This document shows positions 1 through 14,420 of a stretch of DNA of 64,000 bases, one piece after another (position 1 is the first letter of the stretch; every line of letters begins with the position of its first letter). This DNA comes from Auanema rhodensis. Taxonomy: Eukaryota; Animalia; Nematoda. A model generated the notes under the pieces. The model ran no database searches. It saw only the letters and a list, made by a program, of their open reading frames with translations, and had not been told where the DNA came from. The stretch lies in assembly GCA_964057225.1 (NCBI GenBank), contig OZ059897.1:5146001-5210000 (forward strand). The letters run 5' to 3'. Position numbers and translations under genes: made by a program.

Positions 1-3000
1 TATCAATAACATTTTGTTTTTAGACTAATATGGACATGTGGAATCTAATTTTGAAAACCGCATCTCTTTATCTTTCACGTGAAGTGAGTTACATACCAAG
101 TGCACATCACGTGTACATTTAATTAGCATAAATTAAAGTTCACGTAAATTTCAAAGTCATGGTTACCATGAACCAATATCAATAACAATTTGTTTTTAGA
201 CTAATATGGACATGTGGAATCTAATTTTGAAAACCGCATCTCTTTATCTTTCACGTGAAGTGAGTTACATACCAAGTGCACATCACGTGTACATTTAATT
301 AGCATAAATTAAAGTTCACGTAAATTTCAAAGTCATGGTTACCATGCACTAATATCAATAAAAATTTGTTTTTAGACTAATATGGACATGGGGAATCTAA
401 TTTTGAAAACCGCATCTCTTTATCTTTCACGTGAAGCAAGTTACATACCAAGTGCACAGCACGTGTACATTTAATTAGCATAAATTAAAGTTCACGTAAA
501 TTTCAAAGTCATGGTTACCATGCACCAATATCAATAAAAATTTGTTTTTAGACTAATATGGACATGGGGAATCTAATTTTGGGAACCGCATCTCTTTATC
601 TTTCACGTGAAGCAAGTTAGATACCAAGTACACATCACGTGCACATTTAATTAGCATAAATTAAAGTTCACGTAAATTTCAAAGTCATGGTTTCCATGCA
701 CCAATATCAATAAAAATTTGTTTTTAGACTAATATGGACATGTGGAATCTAATTTTGAAAACCGCATCTTTTTATCTTTCACGTGAAGTGAGTTACATAC
801 CAAGTGCACATCACGTGTACATTTAATTAGCATAAATTAAAGTTCACGTAAATTTCAAAGTCATGGTTACCATGAACCAATATCAATAACAATTTGTTTT
901 TAGACTAATATGGACATGTGGAATCTAATTTTGAAAACCGCATCTCTTTATCTTTCACGTGAAGCGAGTTACATACCAAGTGCACATCACGTGTACATTT
1001 AATTAGCATTAATTAAAGTTCACGTAAATTTCAAAGTCATGGTTACCATGAACCAATATCAATAACAATTTGTTTTTAGACTAATATGGACATGTGGAAT
1101 CTAATTTTGAAAACCGCATCTCTTTATCTTTCACGTGAAGCAAGTTACATACCAAGTGCACAGCACGTGTACATTTAATTAGCATAAATTAAAGTTCACG
1201 TAAATTTCAAAGTCATGGTTACCATGCACCAATATCAATAAAAATTTGTTTTTAGACTAATATGGACATGGGGAATCTAATTGTGAAAACCGCATCTCTT
1301 TATCTTTCACGTGAAGCGAGTTACATACCAAGTGCACATCACGTGTACATTTAATTAGCATTAATTAAAGTTCACGTAAATTTCAAAGTCATGGTTACCA
1401 TGAACCAATATCAATAACAATTTGTTTTTAGACTAATATGGACATGTGGAATCTAATTTTGAAAACCGCATCTCTTTATCTTTCACGTGAAGTGAGTTAC
1501 ATACCAAGTGCACATCACGTGTACATTTAATTAGCATAAATTAAAGTTCACGTAAATTTCAAAGTCATGGTTACCATGCACTAATATCAATAAAAATTTG
1601 TTTTTAGACTAATATGGACATGGGGAATCTAATTTTGAAAACCGCATCTCTTTATCTTTCACGTGAAGCAAGTTACATACCAAGTGCACAGCACGTGTAC
1701 ATTTAATTAGCATAAATTAAAGTTCACGTAAATTTCAAAGTCATGGTTACCATGCACCAATATCAATAAAAATTTGTTTTTAGACTAATATGGACATGGG
1801 GAATCTAATTTTGGGAACCGCATCTCTTTATCTTTCACGTGAAGCAAGTTAGATATCAAGTACACATCACGTGCACATTTAATTAGCATAAATTAAAGTT
1901 CACGTAAATTTCAAAATCATGGTTACCATGCACCAATATCAATAAAAATTTGTTTTTAGACTAATATGGACATGTGGAATCTAATTTTGAAAACCGCATC
2001 TCTTTATCTTTCACGTGAAGCGAGTTACATACCAAGTGCACATCACGTGTACATTTAATTAGCATTAATTAAAGTTCACGTAAATTTCAAAGTCATGGTT
2101 ACCATGCACCAATATCAATAAAAATTTGTTTTTAGACTAATATGGACATGTGGAATCTAATTTTGAAAACCGCATCTCTTTATCTTTCACGTGAAGCAAG
2201 TTACATACCAAGTGCACAGCACGTGTACATTTAATTAGCATAAATTAAAGTTCACGTAAATTTCAAAGTCATGGTTACCATGCACCAATATCAATAAAAA
2301 TTTGTTTTTAGACTAATATGGACATGGGGAATCTAATTGTGAAAACCGCATCTCTTTATCTTTCACGTGAAGCGAGTTACATACCAAGTGCACATCACGT
2401 GTACATTTAATTAGCATTAATTAAAGTTCACGTAAATTTCAAAGTCATGGTTACCATGAACCAATATCAATAACAATTTGTTTTTAGACTAATATGGACA
2501 TGTGGAATCTAATTTTGAAAACCGCATCTCTTTATCTTTCACGTGAAGTGAGTTACATACCAAGTGCACATCACGTGTACATTTAATTAGCATAAATTAA
2601 AGTTCACGTAAATTTCAAAGTCATGGTTACCATGAACCAATATCAATAACAATTTGTTTTTAGACTAATATGGACATGTGGAATCTAATTTTGAAAACCG
2701 CATCTCTTTATCTTTCACGTGAAGTGAGTTACATACCAAGTGCACATCACGTGTACATTTAATTAGCATAAATTAAAGTTCACGTAAATTTCAAAGTCAT
2801 GGTTACCATGAACCAATATCAATAACAATTTGTTTTTAGACTAATATGGACATGGGGAATCTAATTTTGAAAACCGCATCTCTTTATCTTTCACGTGAAG
2901 CAAGTTACATACCAAGTGCACAGCACGTGTACATTTAATTAGCATAAATTAAAGTTCACGTAAATTTCAAAGTCATGGTTACCACGCACCAATATCAATA

Positions 3001-6000
3001 AAAATTTGTTTTTAGACTAATATGGACATGGGGAATCTAATTTTGGGAACCGCATCTCTTTATCTTTCACGTGAAGCAAGTTAGATACCAAGTACACATC
3101 ACGTGCACATTTAATTAGCATAAATTAAAGTTCACGTAAATTTCAAAGTCATGGTTACCATGCACCAATATCAATAAAAATTTGTTTTTAGACTAATATG
3201 GACATGTGGAATCTAATTTTGAAAACCGCATCTCTTTATCTTTCACGTGAAGTGAGTTACATACCAAGTGCACATCACGTGTACATTTAATTAGCATAAA
3301 TTAAAGTTCACGTAAATTTCAAAGTCATGGTTACCATGAACCAATATCAATAACAATTTGTTTTTAGACTAATATGGACATGTGGAATCTAATTTTGAAA
3401 ACCGCATCTCTTTATCTTTCACGTGAAGTGAGTTACATACCAAGTGCACATCACGTGTACATTTAATTAGCATAAATTAAAGTTCACGTAAATTTCAAAG
3501 TCATGGTTACCATGAACCAATATCAATAACAATTTGTTTTTAGACTAATATGGACATGGGGAATCTAATTTTGAAAACCGCATCTCTTTATCTTTCACGT
3601 GAAGCAAGTTACATACCAAGTGCACAGCACGTGTACATTTAATTAGCATAAATTAAAGTTCACGTAAATTTCAAAGTCATGGTTACCACGCACCAATATC
3701 AATAAAAATTTGTTTTTAGACTAATATGGACATGGGGAATCTAATTTTGGGAACCGCATCTCTTTATCTTTCACGTGAAGCAAGTTAGATACCAAGTACA
3801 CATCACGTGCACATTTAATTAGCATAAATTAAAGTTCACGTAAATTTCAAAGTCATGGTTACCATGCACCAATATCAATAAAAATTTGTTTTTAGACTAA
3901 TATGGACATGTGGAATCTAATTTTGAAAACCGCATCTCTTTATCTTTCACGTGAAGTGAGTTACATACCAAGTGCACATCACGTGTACATTTAATTAGCA
4001 TAAATTAAAGTTCACGTAAATTTCAAAGTCATGGTTACCATGCACCAATATCAATAAAAATTTGTTTTTAGACTAATATGAACATGGGGAATCTAATTTT
4101 GAAAATCGCATCTCTTTATCTTTCACGTGAAGCGAGTTACATACCCAGTGCACATCACGTGCACATTTAATTAGCATAAATTAAAGTTCACGTAAATTTC
4201 AGAGTCATGGTTACCATGCACCAATATCAATAAAAATTTGTTTTTAGACTAATATGGACATGTGGAATCTAATTTTGAAAACCGCATCTCTTTATCTTTC
4301 ACGTGAAGCAAGTTACATACCAAGTGCACATCACGTGTACATTTAATTAGCATAAATTAAAGTTCACGTAAATTTCAAAGTCATGGTTACCATGCACCAA
4401 TATCAATAAAAATTTGTTTTTAGACTAATATGGACATGGGGAATCTAATTTTGAAAACCGCATCTCTTTATCTTTCACGTGAAGCAAGTTACATACCAAG
4501 TGCACAGCACGTGTACATTTAATTAGCATAAATTAAAGTTCACGTAAATTTCAAAGTCATGGTTACCATGCACCAATATCAATAAAAATTTGTTTTTAGA
4601 CTAATATGGACATGGGGAATCTAATTTTGGGAACCGCATCTCTTTATCTTTCACGTGAAGCAAGTTAGATACCAAGTACACATCACGTGCACATTTAATT
4701 AGCATAAATTAAAGTTCACGTAAATTTCAAAGTCATGGTTACCATGCACCAATATCAATAAAAATTTGTTTTTAAACTAATATGGACATGTGGAATCTAA
4801 TTTTGAAAACCGCATCTCTTTATCTTTCACGTGAAGTGAGTTACATACCAAGTGCACATCACGTGTACATTTAATTAGCATAAATTAAAGTTCACGTAAA
4901 TTTCAAAGTCATGGTTACCATGAACCAATATCAATAACAATTTGTTTTTAGACTAATATGGACATGTGGAATCTAATTTTGAAAACCGCATCTCTTTATC
5001 TTTCACGTGAAGTGAGTTACATACCAAGTGCACATCACGTGTACATTTAATTAGCATAAATTAAAGTTCACGTAAATTTCAAAGTCATGGTTACCATGAA
5101 CCAATATCAATAACAATTTGTTTTTAGACTAATATGGACATGTGGAATCTAATTTTGGGAACCGCATCTCTTTATCTTTCACGTGAAGCAAGTTAGATAC
5201 CAAGTACACATCACGTGCACATTTAATTAGCATAAATTAAAGTTCACGTAAATTTCAAAGTCATGGTTACCATGCACCAATATCAATAAAAATTTGTTTT
5301 TAAACTAATATGAACATGTGGAATCTAATTTTGAAAACCGCATCTCTTTATCTTTCACGTGAAGTGAGTTACATACCAAGTGCACATCACGTGTACATTT
5401 AATTAGCATAAATTAAAGTTCACGTAAATTTCAAAGTCATGGTTACCATGCACTAATATCAATAAAAATTTGTTTTTAGACTAATATGAACATGGGGAAT
5501 CTAATTTTGAAAATCGCATCTCTTTATCTTTCACGTGAAGCGAGTTACATACCCAGTGCACATCACGTGCACATTTAATTAGCATAAATTAAAGTTCACG
5601 TAAATTTCAGAGTCATGGTTACCATGCACCAATATCAATAAAAATTTGTTTTTAGACTAATATGGACATGTGGAATCTAATTTTGAAAACCGCATCTCTT
5701 TATCTTTCACGTGAAGCAAGTTACATACCAAGTGCACATCACGTGTACATTTAATTAGCATAAATTAAAGTTCACGTAAATTTCAAAGTCATGGTTACCA
5801 TGCACCAATATCAATAAAAATTTGTTTTTAGACTAATATGGACATGGGGAATCTAATTTTGAAAACCGCATCTCTTTATCTTTCACGTGAAGCAAGTTAC
5901 ATACCAAGTGCACAGCACGTGTACATTTAATTAGCATAAATTAAAGTTCACGTAAATTTCAAAGTCATGGTTACCATGCACCAATATCAATAAAAATTTG

Positions 6001-9000
6001 TTTTTAGACTAATATGGACATGGGGAATCTAATTTTGGGAACCGCATCTCTTTATCTTTCACGTGAAGCAAGTTAGATACCAAGTACACATCACGTGCAC
6101 ATTTAATTAGCATAAATTAAAGTTCACGTAAATTTCAAAGTCATGGTTACCATGCACCAATATCAATAAAAATTTGTTTTTAAACTAATATGGACATGTG
6201 GAATCTAATTTTGAAAACCGCATCTCTTTATCTTTCACGTGAAGTGAGTTACATACCAAGTGCACATCACGTGTACATTTAATTAGCATAAATTAAAGTT
6301 CACGTAAATTTCAAAGTCATGGTTACCATGAACCAATATCAATAACAATTTGTTTTTAGACTAATATGGACATGTGGAATCTAATTTTGAAAACCGCATC
6401 TCTTTATCTTTCACGTGAAGTGAGTTACATACCAAGTGCACATCACGTGTACATTTAATTAGCATAAATTAAAGTTCACGTAAATTTCAAAGTCATGGTT
6501 ACCATGCACTAATATCAATAAAAATTTGTTTTTAGACTAATATGGACATGGGGAATCTAATTTTGAAAACCGCATCTCTATATCTTTCACGTGAAGCGAG
6601 TTACATACCAAGTGCACATCACGTGTACATTTAATTAGCATAAATTAAAGTTCACGTAAATTTCAAAGTCATGGTTACCATGCACTAATATCAATAAAAA
6701 TTTGTTTTTAGACTAATATGGACATGTGGAATCTAATTTTGAAAACCGCATCTCTTTATCTTTCACGTGAAGTGAGTTACATACCAAGTGCACATCACGT
6801 GTACATTCAATTAGCATAAATTAAAGTTCACGTAAATTTCAAAATCATGGTTACCATACACCAATATCAATAAAAATTTGTTTTTAGACTAATATGGACA
6901 TGTGGAATCTAATTTTGAAAACCGCATCTCTTTATCTTTCACGTGAAGCGAGTTACATACCAAGTGCACATCACGTGCACATTTAATTAGCATAAATTAA
7001 AGTTCACGTAAATTTCAAAGTCATGGTTACCATGCACCAATATCAATAAAAATTTGTTTTTAGACTAATATGGACATGTGGAATCTAATTTTGAAAACCG
7101 CATCTCTTTATCTTTCACGTGAAGCAAGTTACATACCAAGTGCACAGCACGTGTACATTTAATTAGCATAAATTAAAGTTCACGTAAATTTCAAAGTCAT
7201 GGTTACCATGCACCAATATCAATAAAAATTTGTTTTTAGACTAATATGGACATGGGGAATCTAATTGTGAAAACCGCATCTCTTTATCTTTCACGTGAAG
7301 CGAGTTACATACCAAGTGCACATCACGTGTACATTTAATTAGCATTAATTAAAGTTCACGTAAATTTCAAAGTCATGGTTACCATGAACCAATATCAATA
7401 ACAATTTGTTTTTAGACTAATATGGACATGTGGAATCTAATTTTGAAAACCGCATCTCTTTATCTTTCACGTGAAGTGAGTTACATACCAAGTGCACATC
7501 ACGTGTACATTTAATTAGCATAAATTAAAGTTCACGTAAATTTCAAAGTCATGGTTACCATGAACCAATATCAATAACAATTTGTTTTTAGACTAATATG
7601 GACATGTGGAATCTAATTTTGAAAACCGCATCTCTTTATCTTTCACGTGAAGTGAGTTACATACCAAGTGCACATCACGTGTACATTTAATTAGCATAAA
7701 TTAAAGTTCACGTAAATTTCAAAGTCATGGTTACCATGCACTAATATCAATAAAAATTTGTTTTTAGACTAATATGGACATGGGGAATCTAATTTTGAAA
7801 ACCGCATCTCTTTATCTTTCACGTGAAGCAAGTTACATACCAAGTGCACAGCACGTGTACATTTAATTAGCATAAATTAAAGTTCACGTAAATTTCAAAG
7901 TCATGGTTACCATGCACCAATATCAATAAAAATTTGTTTTTAGACTAATATGGACATGGGGAATCTAATTTTGGGAACCGCATCTCTTTATCTTTCACGT
8001 GAAGCAAGTTAGATACCAAGTACACATCACGTGCACATTTAATTAGCATAAATTAAAGTTCACGTAAATTTCAAAGTCATGGTTTCCATGCACCAATATC
8101 AATAAAAATTTGTTTTTAGACTAATATGGACATGTGGAATCTAATTTTGAAAACCGCATCTCTTTATCTTTCACGTGAAGTGAGTTACATACCAAGTGCA
8201 CATCACGTGTACATTTAATTAGCATAAATTAAAGTTCACGTAAATTTCAAAGTCATGGTTACCATGAACCAATATCAATAACAATTTGTTTTTAGACTAA
8301 TATGGACATGTGGAATCTAATTTTGAAAACCGCATCTCTTTATCTTTCACGTGAAGTGAGTTACATACCAAGTGCACATCACGTGTACATTTAATTAGCA
8401 TAAATTAAAGTTCACGTAAATTTCAAAGTCATGGTTACCATGCACCAATATCAATAAAAATTTGTTTTTAGACTAATATGGACATGTGGAATCTAATTTT
8501 GAAAACCGCATCTCTTTATCTTTCACGTGAAGTGAGTTACATACCAAGTGCACATCACGTGTACATTCAATTAGCATAAATTAAAGTTCACGTAAATTTC
8601 AAAATCATGGTTACCATGCACCAATATCAATAAAAATTTGTTTTTAGACTAATATGGACATGTGGAATCTAATTTTGAAAACCGCATCTCTTTATCTTTC
8701 ACGTGAAGCGAGTTACATACCAAGTGCACATCACGTGTACATTTAATTAGCATTAATTAAAGTTCACGTAAATTTCAAAGTCATGGTTACCATGAACCAA
8801 TATCAATAACAATTTGTTTTTAGACTAATATGGACATGTGGAATCTAATTTTGAAAACCGCATCTCTTTATCTTTCACGTGAAGCAAGTTACATACCAAG
8901 TGCACAGCACGTGTACATTTAATTAGCATAAATTAAAGTTCACGTAAATTTCAAAGTCATGGTTACCATGCACCAATATCAATAAAAATTTGTTTTTAGA

Positions 9001-12000
9001 CTAATATGGACATGGGGAATCTAATTGTGAAAACCGCATCTCTTTATCTTTCACGTGAAGCGAGTTACATACCAAGTGCACATCACGTGTACATTTAATT
9101 AGCATTAATTAAAGTTCACGTAAATTTCAAAGTCATGGTTACCATGAACCAATATCAATAACAATTTGTTTTTAGACTAATATGGACATGTGGAATCTAA
9201 TTTTGAAAACCGCATCTCTTTATCTTTCACGTGAAGTGAGTTACATACCAAGTGCACATCACGTGTACATTTAATTAGCATAAATTAAAGTTCACGTAAA
9301 TTTCAAAGTCATGGTTACCATGCACCAATATCAATAAAAATTTGTTTTTAGACTAATATGGACATGGGGAATCTAATTTTGAAAACCGCATCTCTTTATC
9401 TTTCACGTGAAGCAAGTTACATATCAAGTGCACAGCACGTGTACATTTAATTAGCATAAATTAAAGTTCACGTAAATTTCAAAGTCATGGTTACCATGCA
9501 CCAATATCAATAAAAATTTGTTTTTAGACTAATATGGACATGGGGAATCTAATTTTGGGAACCGCATCTCTTTATCTTTCACGTGAAGCAAGTTAGATAC
9601 CAAGTACACATCACGTGCACATTTAATTAGCATAAATTAAAGTTCACGTAAATTTCAAAGTCATGGTTACCATGCACCAATATCAATAAAAATTTGTTTT
9701 TAGACTAATATGGACATGTGGAATCTAATTTTGAAAACCGCATCTCTTTATCTTTCACGTGAAGTGAGTTACATACCAAGTGCACATCACGTGTACATTC
9801 AATTAGCATAAATTAAAGTTCACGTAAATTTCAAAATCATGGTTACCATGCACCAATATCAATAAAAATTTGTTTTTAGACTAATATGGACATGTGGAAT
9901 CTAATTTTGAAAACCGCATCTCTTTATCTTTCACGTGAAGCGAGTTACATACCAAGTGCACATCACGTGTACATTTAATTAGCATTAATTAAAGTTCACG
10001 TAAATTTCAAAGTCATGGTTACCATGCACCAATATCAATGAAAATTTGTTTTTAGACTAATATGGACATGTGGAATCTAATTTTGAAAACCGCATCTCTT
10101 TATCTTTCACGTGAAGCAAGTTACATACCAAGTGCACAGCACGTGTACATTTAATTAGCATAAATTAAAGTTCACGTAAATTTCAAAGTCATGGTTACCA
10201 TGCACCAATATCAATAAAAATTTGTTTTTAGACTAATATGGACATGGGGAATCTAACTGTGAAAACCGCATCTCTTTATCTTTCACGTGAAGCGAGTTAC
10301 ATACCAAGTGCACATCACGTGTACATTTAATTAGCATTAATTAAAGTTCACGTAAATTTCAAAGTCATGGTTACCATGAACCAATATCAATAACAATTTG
10401 TTTTTAGACTAATATGGACATGTGGAATCTAATTTTGAAAACCGCATCTCTTTATCTTTCACGTGAAGTGAGTTACATACCAAGTGCACATCACGTGTAC
10501 ATTTAATTAGCATAAATTAAAGTTCACGTAAATTTCAAAGTCATGGTTACCATGAACCAATATCAATAACAATTTGTTTTTAGACTAATATGGACATGTG
10601 GAATCTAATTTTGAGAACCGCATCTCTTTATCTTTCACGTGAAGTGAGTTACATACCAAGTGCACATCACGTGTACATTTAATTAGCATAAATTAAAGTT
10701 CACGTAAATTTCAAAGTCATGGTTACCATGAACCAATATCAATAACAATTTGTTTTTAGACTAATATGGACATGTGGAATCTAATTTTGAAAACCGCATC
10801 TCTTTATCTTTCACGTGAAGTGAGTTACATACCAAGTGCACATCACGTGTACATTTAATTAGCATAAATTAAAGTTCACGTAAATTTCAAAGTCATGGTT
10901 ACCATGCACTAATATCAATAAAAATTTCTTTTTAGACTAATATGGACATGGGGAATCTAATTTTGAAAACCGCATCTCTTTATCTTTCACGTGAAGCAAG
11001 TTACATACCAAGTGCACAGCACGTGTACATTTAATTAGCATAAATTAAAGTTCACGTAAATTTCAAAGTCATGGTTACCATGCACCAATATCAATAAAAA
11101 TTTGTTTTTAGACTAATATGGACATGGGGAATCTAATTTTGGGAACCGCATCTCTTTATCTTTCACGTGAAGCAAGTTAGATACCAAGTACACATCACGT
11201 GCACATTTAATTAGCATAAATTAAAGTTCACGTAAATTTCAAAGTCATGGTTTCCATGCACCAATATCAATAAAAATTTGTTTTTAGACTAATATGGACA
11301 TGTGGAATCTAATTTTGAAAACCGCATCTCTTTATCTTTCACGTGAAGTGAGTTACATACCAAGTGCACATCACGTGTACATTTAATTAGCATAAATTAA
11401 AGTTCACGTAAATTTCAAAGTCATGGTTACCATGAACCAATATCAATAACAATTTGTTTTTAGACTAATATGGACATGTGGAATCTAATTTTGAAAACCG
11501 CATCTCTTTATCTTTCACGTGAAGTGAGTTACATACCAAGTGCACATCACGTGTACATTTAATTAGCATAAATTAAAGTTCACGTAAATTTCAAAGTCAT
11601 GGTTACCATGCACCAATATCAATAAAAATTTGTTTTTAGACTAATATGGACATGTGGAATCTAATTTTGAAAACCGCATCTCTTTATCTTTCACGTGAAG
11701 TGAGTTACATACCAAGTGCACATCACGTGTACATTCAATTAGCATAAATTAAAGTTCACGTAAATTTCAAAATCATGGTTACCATGCACCAATATCAATA
11801 AAAATTTGTTTTTAGACTAATATGGACATGTGGAATCTAATTTTGAAAACCGCATCTCTTTATCTTTCACGTGAAGCGAGTTACATACCAAGTGCACATC
11901 ACGTGTACATTTAATTAGCATTAATTAAAGTTCACGTAAATTTCAAAGTCATGGTTACCATGAACCAATATCAATAACAATTTGTTTTTAGACTAATATG

Positions 12001-14420
12001 GACATGTGGAATCTAATTTTGAAAACCGCATCTCTTTATCTTTCACGTGAAGCAAGTTACATACCAAGTGCACAGCACGTGTACATTTAATTAGCATAAA
12101 TTAAAGTTCACGTAAATTTCAAAGTCATGGTTACCATGCACCAATATCAATAAAAATTTGTTTTTAGACTAATATGGACATGGGGAATCTAATTGTGAAA
12201 ACCGCATCTCTTTATCTTTCACGTGAAGCGAGTTACATACCAAGTGCACATCACGTGTACATTTAATTAGCATTAATTAAAGTTCACGTAAATTTCAAAG
12301 TCATGGTTACCATGAACCAATATCAATAACAATTTGTTTTTAGACTAATATGGACATGTGGAATCTAATTTTGAAAACCGCATCTCTTTATCTTTCACGT
12401 GAAGTGAGTTACATACCAAGTGCACATCACGTGTACATTTAATTAGCATAAATTAAAGTTCACGTAAATTTCAAAGTCATGGTTACCATGCACCAATATC
12501 AATAAAAATTTGTTTTTAGACTAATATGGACATGGGGAATCTAATTTTGAAAACCGCATCTCTTTATCTTTCACGTGAAGCAAGTTACATATCAAGTGCA
12601 CAGCACGTGTACATTTAATTAGCATAAATTAAAGTTCACGTAAATTTCAAAGTCATGGTTACCATGCACCAATATCAATAAAAATTTGTTTTTAGACTAA
12701 TATGGACATGGGGAATCTAATTTTGGGAACCGCATCTCTTTATCTTTCACGTGAAGCAAGTTAGATACCAAGTACACATCACGTGCACATTTAATTAGCA
12801 TAAATTAAAGTTCACGTAAATTTCAAAGTCATGGTTACCATGCACCAATATCAATAAAAATTTGTTTTTAGACTAATATGGACATGTGGAATCTAATTTT
12901 GAAAACCGCATCTCTTTATCTTTCACGTGAAGTGAGTTACATACCAAGTGCACATCACGTGTACATTCAATTAGCATAAATTAAAGTTCACGTAAATTTC
13001 AAAATCATGGTTACCATGCACCAATATCAATAAAAATTTGTTTTTAGACTAATATGGACATGTGGAATCTAATTTTGAAAACCGCATCTCTTTATCTTTC
13101 ACGTGAAGCGAGTTACATACCAAGTGCACATCACGTGTACATTTAATTAGCATTAATTAAAGTTCACGTAAATTTCAAAGTCATGGTTACCATGCACCAA
13201 TATCAATGAAAATTTGTTTTTAGACTAATATGGACATGTGGAATCTAATTTTGAAAACCGCATCTCTTTATCTTTCACGTGAAGCAAGTTACATACCAAG
13301 TGCACAGCACGTGTACATTTAATTAGCATAAATTAAAGTTCACGTAAATTTCAAAGTCATGGTTACCATGCACCAATATCAATAAAAATTTGTTTTTAGA
13401 CTAATATGGACATGGGGAATCTAACTGTGAAAACCGCATCTCTTTATCTTTCACGTGAAGCGAGTTACATACCAAGTGCACATCACGTGTACATTTAATT
13501 AGCATTAATTAAAGTTCACGTAAATTTCAAAGTCATGGTTACCATGAACCAATATCAATAACAATTTGTTTTTAGACTAATATGGACATGTGGAATCTAA
13601 TTTTGAAAACCGCATCTCTTTATCTTTCACGTGAAGTGAGTTACATACCAAGTGCACATCACGTGTACATTTAATTAGCATAAATTAAAGTTCACGTAAA
13701 TTTCAAAGTCATGGTTACCATGAACCAATATCAATAACAATTTGTTTTTAGACTAATATGGACATGTGGAATCTAATTTTGAGAACCGCATCTCTTTATC
13801 TTTCACGTGAAGTGAGTTACATACCAAGTGCACATCACGTGTACATTTAATTAGCATAAATTAAAGTTCACGTAAATTTCAAAGTCATGGTTACCATGAA
13901 CCAATATCAATAACAATTTGTTTTTAGACTAATATGGACATGTGGAATCTAATTTTGAAAACCGCATCTCTTTATCTTTCACGTGAAGTGAGTTACATAC
14001 CAAGTGCACATCACGTGTACATTTAATTAGCATAAATTAAAGTTCACGTAAATTTCAAAGTCATGGTTACCATGCACTAATATCAATAAAAATTTCTTTT
14101 TAGACTAATATGGACATGGGGAATCTAATTTTGAAAACCGCATCTCTTTATCTTTCACGTGAAGCAAGTTACATACCAAGTGCACAGCACGTGTACATTT
14201 AATTAGCATAAATTAAAGTTCACGTAAATTTCAAAGTCATGGTTACCATGCACCAATATCAATAAAAATTTGTTTTTAGACTAATATGGACATGGGGAAT
14301 CTAATTTTGGGAACCGCATCTCTTTATCTTTCACGTGAAGCAAGTTAGATACCAAGTACACATCACGTGCACATTTAATTAGCATAAATTAAAGTTCACG
14401 TAAATTTCAAAGTCATGGTT
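1..14420 (+). repeat. Forward satellite, variant domain A (copy 1)
   Basis: Enriched for CATGAACC..AATAACAA and AGCATTAATT variants, and for a multi-SNP monomer (TTTTGGGAACC, AGTTAGATA, AAGTACAC) at 582, 1814, 3046, 3750, 4630, 5158, 6038, 7974, 9558, 11142, 12726 and 14310. Confidence 0.9.
7761..14420 (+). repeat. 18-mer (3,168-bp) higher-order tandem duplication built on a 9-mer period
   Basis: Rare variants recur at +3168: GGTTTCC 8085/11253, TCAATGAAA 10040/13208, AATTTCTTT 10928/14096. The GGGAAC monomer recurs every 1584 bp from 7974 to 14310. Confidence 0.9.

Noticed and set aside
1-176. Assignment to a named satellite or species (for example other ~171-178-bp families such as Brassica CentBr, Arabidopsis CEN178 or primate alpha satellite)
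   Set aside because: Monomer length alone is not diagnostic, I do not recognise this sequence as any of them, and I see no canonical CENP-B box. A BLAST or Dfam/Repbase search is needed.
1-176. 5S rRNA, tRNA, snRNA or spliced-leader tandem gene array; telomeric repeat
   Set aside because: No recognisable RNA gene sequence or Pol III box, and no short G-rich telomeric motif.
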